A stretch of 47,271 bases of DNA from assembly GCF_001194135.2 (NCBI RefSeq), contig NC_068985.1, positions 105,651,369-105,698,639 on the forward strand, given 5' to 3'. Under the pieces are notes generated by a model that saw nothing but the letters and a program-made list of their open reading frames with translations, made no database searches and was not told the DNA's origin. The DNA is from Octopus bimaculoides (Eukaryota). Positions 41,255 through 47,271 of this stretch are shown in pieces. Made by a program: the position numbers and the translations under genes. Numbering within the stretch: position 1 is the stretch's first letter; every line of letters begins with the position of its first letter.

Positions 41255-41648
41255 ACTCTTTTACTTGTTTCAGTCATTTGACTGCGGCCATGCTGGAGCT
41301 CCGCCTTTAGTCGAGCAAATCAACCCCAGGACTTATTCTTTCGAAGCCTAGTACTTATTCTATCGGTCTCTTTTTGCCGATCCGCTAAGTTACGGGGACG
41401 TAAACATACCAGCATCGGTTGTCAAGTGATGCTGGGGGGACAAACACAGACACTCAAACATATACATACACACATACATATAGATATATATACGACAGGC
41501 TTCTTTCAGTTTCCGTCTACCAAATCCACTCACAAGGCTTTGGTCAGCCCGAGGCTATAGTAGAAGACACTTGCCCAAGGTGCCACGCAGTGGGACTGAA
41601 CCCGGAACCATGTGGTTGGTAAGCAAGCTACTTACCACACAGCCACTC
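41255..41648 (-). mobile_element. SINE family AB, young full-length copy
   Basis: Complete head (minus strand gagtggctgtgtggtaag...ccgggttcagtccc, Pol III A/B-box-like), core and tail, with CpGs retained. Confidence 0.93.
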
Positions 41649-42551
41649 ATGCACATATATATATATATATATATATGCAATTACATATCAAACCCAAGCT
41701 GTTATATATAATTTGTTTATCTGCATAATTGCCGCCATATCTAGATTCCTCTTATAGCTACTCTTTACCTTGTGGAATTGGTCCCTTGTAAAGATATCAG
41801 AGTCTAAGTTTGAATCATTTGAGTGCTACTGTTTTCTATACTGAGAATCTCTGGATTTCATCTGTTGACATATATATATATATATGATGGCCTTCTTCTA
41901 GTTTTCATACATACACCCACAAAGCTTTGGTCAACCCTGGGCTATAATAGAAGACACTAAATCTAAGACCATATGGTTGACAAGCAAGCTTCTCAACCTC
42001 ATACCCATGCTTGCACCTATGTCTTATATAGGTGTTTTCCCCATTATCTTGATGTGCATGCTAATTGCAAACAAAAATTAGTCATACAAACACTTGTTTA
42101 CACTCCTCTGTGAAAGCATGGTTCAGCTAACCAACTGTTCATCTTTCAAGGACTGTGGGAAACATTATCTTTCTTATAAACATAATGGTTGGTGACAAGA
42201 AGAGCATCCAGCTGCAGAAAAATCTGCCACAAGTTTTGTATGAATCGTGCAAGCATGGAAAAATGTGCATTAAAATGATAATAATGATACATTTAAAATG
42301 TATTACACAATATATTGTGTTTAGCTGTTGTCAAAATTTTTTATGAACATTTGTTTGTATTTGTTATTGTGTGAAAGAAGCCTATATATATGTGTATGTG
42401 TGTGTAAAATTTAGGTTAGTTAAAATATGTTTGACATATTTCAACTGCTAAAAAGCAAATTCACTGCAGTTACCATGGAGAAAGTATCTCTCATATAATG
42501 AAAAGGTGTGGAAATACTTGGTTCATTTAGTGTCACCATATATATATATTT

Positions 42552-42958
42552 GACTTTTATCTTATCCTCTTGACAGTGACTATGCTGAAGCACTGCCTTG
42601 AAAGGTTTAATCAATCCCAATTCTTATTTTTAAATCTGATACTTATTGTTTCGGTCTCTTTTGCCAAACCACTAAGTTATGGAAATGTAAACAAACTAAT
42701 GCCAGTTGTCATGCAGTGGTGGAGACAAGCACAAAAGCATATACACACATATACATGCATATATACACACACACATGCATATATACACACACATGCAATG
42801 AGCTTCCACACAGTTTTTATCTATCAAATTCACTCACAAGGCTTTGATTGGCCCAGGGGTGTAGTAGAAGGTACTGGCCCAAGGTGCTTCGCTATGGGAT
42901 GGAATCTGAAGCCACATAGTTATGAAGTGAACTTCTTAACTACTCACTCATTCCTGCA
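42552..42958 (-). mobile_element. SINE family AB, old CpG-decayed copy
   Basis: Colinear with 41255-41648 with many transitions. Confidence 0.8.
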
Positions 42959-43396
42959 TCTATATATATATATATATATGTGTGTGTGAGTGTGTCATTA
43001 TCATACAAGCAATGTTATTCATTTCCTCATTTTCTATGAAAACATGTCTTGTCATAGGGAAATACTAAATTGCTTGGAAGCAAGTAAAGATTGGTGAAAA
43101 GAGGGTATCCTGTCATGGAAAAATTTGCAACACCAGATTCCATCTGACCCATGCAAGCATGGAAGAGTGTACACTAAAACAATGATGGTGTTTATTGTTC
43201 ATAAAAAAAACGTTTGAAACAGCTAAAAACAAGATGTATTCTGTGCTACATTTTCAGTTATCCAACTATACTTTTCAATGTATTTATTATTACCACATTT
43301 ATTTATGTGAATATATTATTTCATACCTACCTTCCATGCTTGCATACAATGGACAGTTTGACAGGATCCAGTAAGAGAACTGACAAGCTCTGGTGT

Positions 43397-43537
43397 CTGT
43401 CTGCTTTGGTATGGTTTCTATGGCTGAAAGCCCTTACAGGATCCTGTCTGCTTTGATATGGTTTCTATTGCTGAAAGCCTTTGCAGGATCCTGTCTGTTT
43501 TGATATGGTTTCTATGGCTTGAAGCCCTTACAGGATC
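43397..43537. repeat. Three tandem 47-bp units inside a family D retroposon
   Basis: ctgtctgctttgRtatggtttctatKgctgaaagccYttRcaggatc at 43397, 43444 and 43491. Confidence 0.9.
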
Positions 43538-44635
43538 TGGTAAGTTAGAAAACTGTCAAGCTCTGGTATCTGTCTACTTTGACATGGTTTTTATGACCAG
43601 AAGCCCTTCCCTATGCCAACCCCTTTACAGACCAGTACCAGTGTGGTCGCATTGCAACCTACAAGACTAAGAGGCTAAAGCAGCCCCTGTGTCAGGAGCG
43701 TGTGATTACATTAGGCTGGGGTTTGAGGATTGGTAAAAGATGAGAGGAATAGATTTGTAATCTTTAGAAGGTGGTAGTTCAAAGAATAACACAAAAGTAT
43801 AGCTAGAAACAATGGAAAAAGGAATATATATTTATATGTATATGACACACAAGCTTATGAATTCCCTTGGATATGGTAAGCTCTGAAAGAAAGCATATAT
43901 GTATTATCTATAAGTGAGCCAGTAGAATATAGACTAACAATTACATGCATTCTCTCTCTAACTTCACATATCTGCATGAAATCAATTTACTGAAGAAAAA
44001 TTGATTATGCTCAGAGAAGAGAGTGACTCAGCATTCCCCAGCTAGAAACTAAGCTACTATATTGTAGTAGGACAATTACTGAACATTAGAACATCAACAC
44101 ATCTTCTCAGTCTGTTAAACCAATATTGTGTATAAGACTAGACTTTGCAAAGGTTTTTAACAAAGTAAATCATGAAACATTAAACTACAGGTTACAATGA
44201 TTTAGACCTCCTTGTATGGCTTTTTTAAGAAACCAAGTTGTGCATATATATCCCTCTTTCAGAAAAGACTTCACACCAGAAGGACACTTCCAGAAAACTT
44301 AGGCATATTGTTCAGTGTTAATTGTTTTCATTTATGCTTTTTTTTTAACATCCAATATTCTGTTTCTATAACTGGTTGCTCTTCAACTTGCCAACATTCA
44401 CCTATTTCCAAACATGGTAATATTTCCCTATAGCTACTTTTTATGTGCCACTGGCACAGGTGCCTGTTATGTGACACCAACAATACCCCACTGCACACAC
44501 ACACACACACACATTTCCACGTTTCCTTGGACGGTTACAAATGAACAACACTATTCAAATATATTTATCACACAATGTCAAGGCAAGGTGACACTAACAC
44601 ACACACACACATATATCTATAGTAGTGAAAGTGCT

Positions 44636-44925
44636 TTGCTCAATGGTTAGAGTGTTGGGCTTACAATCATGAGGTTGTGAGATTGATTCTCAGACCATGC
44701 TGAGTTGTGTTCTTGAGCAAGACACTTTATTTTACATTACTCCTGTTCACTCACCTGTGGAAATGAGATGTAAACTTTATCATCCTTTCCCTTGGATAAC
44801 ATCAATGGTGTGAAGAGGGGGGAGACTGATATGCATGGGTAACTGCTGGTCTTCCTTGCCCAGACTTGTGCCTCAGAGTAGAACTTTATAGGTGCAATCC
44901 CAATGTCATCCATGACCAAGTGAGG
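44636..44925 (+). mobile_element. tRNA-derived SINE (further family)
   Basis: A-box-like gctcaatggttagagtg, decayed B box, then gttgtgttcttgagcaagacactttatt...cacctgtggaaatgag. Confidence 0.65.
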
Positions 44926-44994
44926 TCTTTACCTCTACATATATAATAAATACATATACATATTTATAATCACATACATATTTATAATCAACGT

Positions 44995-45420
44995 CATCAT
45001 CATTCAACGTCCGTTGTCAGTGCTGACATGGGTTGGACAGTTTGACCAGGACTGCTGGTAAGCTGAGGGGATGCACCAGATTCCAATCTGATTTGGCATG
45101 GTTTCTACAGCTGAATGCCCTTCCTAATGCCAACCGCTCCGAGAGTGTAATGGGTAGTTTTACATACCATCAGCATGGGTGCCAGTTGCATGACTGTGAT
45201 TTCACTCTGTTTTGATGGCTCTTCCATCTGAAGCGCAACATATTGCCGAAGATCTCAATCATTTGTCATTGACTCTGTGAGGCTCAGTGCGTTTTATGTG
45301 CCGCTGGCACGGTTGCTAGTTCTTCAACACCGGCATCAGCTACATTGTCTCCGTGAGGGCTAATGCTCGAAAGCTGCTTTTTATGTGCCACCGGCACAAT
45401 TGCCAATTATGTGAAACTGT
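44995..45420 (-). mobile_element. Retroposon family D copy with repeated ttttatgtgccRcYggcac modules
   Basis: (CAT)n-tcaacgtcc tail at left; core shared with the 1620 and 43335 copies. Confidence 0.7.
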
Positions 45421-45982
45421 CAATGGCCACATATATATACACACACATATACATATACAATGGGCTTCCATTTTCCATCAACCAAATCCACTCACAAAGC
45501 TTTGATCAACCTGGGGTTATTACAGAAAACACTCCGGTTGTTGTGCTATGAGACTAAACTCAAAACCATAATCTTGGAAGGTGAATTTCTTAACCCCACA
45601 GCCATGCCTGCTTCTGTTTTTATAAATGAGACCAGGGAATTATAATGAATACTAAGAAGCTTCATTTCGTGTGCATATTAATAGACTGCAACAAATGGCA
45701 AGCTGCATGCTGAAAACAAATGAACCAGGAGTTATGCAGAACCAGTTAAAGGAATGAGTTCTCAGTGATATTGATTTTAGTCACTTAGTTATGTAGAGAT
45801 TATTAAAGAGAACTCCACACTTCAACATGAAAGATTGTTTTTAAGTACCAGCTGAGCTACTTGGGAGAGGTTAGAAACTTGAGCCTTCTTACTGAAGAAA
45901 TCAGATATATCCACCCAAATTTCATTACTGTGGGAAGCAGTTTTATATGCCAATAGAAATGGTATATCATGTTTGAACATAT

Positions 45983-46365
45983 AGGCGCAGGAGTGGCTGT
46001 GTGGTAAGTAGCTTGCTTACCACCTACATGGTTCTGGGTTCATTCCCACTGCGTGGCACCTTGGCCAAGTGTCTTCTACTATAGTCTCGGGCCGACCAAA
46101 GCTTTGTGAGTGGATTTGGTAGACGGAAAACTGAAAGAAGCCCATCGTATATATGTATATGTTTGTGCGTCTGTATTTGTCCCCCCAACATCGCTTGACA
46201 AATGATGCTGGTGTGTTTACGTCCCCGTAACTTAGCGTTTCGGCAAAAGAGACCGATAGAATAAGTACTAGGCTTCCAAAGAATAAGTCCTGGAGTCGAT
46301 TTGCTCAACTAAAGGCAGTGCTCCAGCATGGCCACAGTCAAATGACTGAAACAAGTAAAAGAGTA
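45983..46365 (+). mobile_element. SINE family AB, young full-length copy in + orientation
   Basis: aggcgcaggagtggctgtgtggtaag head through tgactgaaacaagtaaaagag tail. Confidence 0.93.
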
Positions 46366-46879
46366 ATATTTTTTGTTGAGATATGTCAATTCTATTGAGA
46401 CAATGTGACTTGCAGAAAATATCAATTCTAGTTTTTGGTAAATATCTAACATCATTCCAGAAATAACCATGAAATTTTATTTCATACTTAAAGGATCAAG
46501 ACTGTATAAACTGGAGCAAATGTGAGATACAGAAATTGGAATGGTATTAAGCATTTTAAAGTTGTGTAAATACAAAACTAGTTGTAAAATCATTTCCAGA
46601 ATTGGAATAGTCACTAGAGGTTTAAGAAACCACAGTTGTTCAATAGTTTTCCTTCCATTAACCATATAAGGATGACAAAATATTCAAAATATTTAAATGA
46701 CAAAATATTCAAACAATACTTTAAACAATCGATTTAAGTCCAGTATGGACTTCCATCATAACACATAGATTTGAAAGTATAATGCAAAATCTGCTACAGT
46801 ACTAATAGAGGTAACACCAAATATTCATTAACTAGAAGCAGGTAAGAGAAAAGGGTTAATTTGCACAAATACACATACA

Positions 46880-47120
46880 TATATGTATTATCATCGTTTG
46901 AACATACATTTTCCATGCTTGCATGGATCAGATAGAATTTGTTGAGACAGTTTTTCTCAAGCTGGATGCCCTTCCTGATGCCAACACTCACTTATTTCCA
47001 AGGAAGGTAATATTTCCCCATGGCTAAATGCTTTCACACAAAATTGAGAAACAAATGACATCACTTGTATGACAGAAGCACACAATTGTTGCCCAATGTC
47101 AAGAAGAGGAAACAAAACTT
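46880..47120 (-). mobile_element. Retroposon family E copy
   Basis: ttttccatgcttgcatggatcagatagaatttgttgag...gctggatgcccttcctgatgccaac...ccaaggaaggtaatatttccccatggc. Confidence 0.75.
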
Positions 47121-47212
47121 AACACACAGCATTATATAAGTATGTATATATATATAGTATACATACATATATATATTTATACATGCAGATTTATATATAT
47201 ATATACATACAG

Positions 47213-47255
<43 letters not shown>

Positions 47256-47271
47256 CATACATACATACATA

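Noticed and set aside
43397-43537. 47-bp repeats as a CRISPR-like array
   Set aside because: No unique spacers, eukaryotic context, and the unit is part of a retroposon core.
45983-46070. tRNA gene
   Set aside because: The Pol III box-like head continues directly into SINE core and tail found many times in the window; it is a SINE head, not a tRNA.

Overview
Eukaryotic, AT-rich, microsatellite- and SINE-dense genomic DNA, most likely from an octopus. That assignment is inferred from the cephalopod-type pump sequence and recurrent SINE families. The window holds one clear protein-coding gene: a + strand Na+/K+-ATPase alpha subunit with 20 coding exons, running from ATG 12925 to TGA 30706 and giving about 1029 aa. 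Nineteen exons are readable with GT-AG boundaries and consistent phases; exon 18 (M8 region) must lie in the N gap at 29990-30228. A long, SINE-free, U-rich putative 3' UTR with several AATAAA signals follows. The flanks are packed with tRNA-type SINEs, an RTE LINE relic, hAT and mariner relics and several MITEs. The most notable observations are: (1) two different GG...CC, 8-bp-TSD non-autonomous DNA transposons that each carry inverted telomere-type (CCCTAA)n/(TTAGGG)n arrays, one inserted into a third TTAGGG array; (2) a candidate alternative first coding exon (MSEGDKKPIVVTNNQ) in intron 1; (3) positions matching the squid A-to-I recoding sites, one in a codon split by an intron; (4) a mariner fold-back element whose formation junction is still visible; (5) a candidate divergently transcribed first exon. 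Most ORFs in the supplied track are spurious. No RNA genes or CRISPR arrays are supported.
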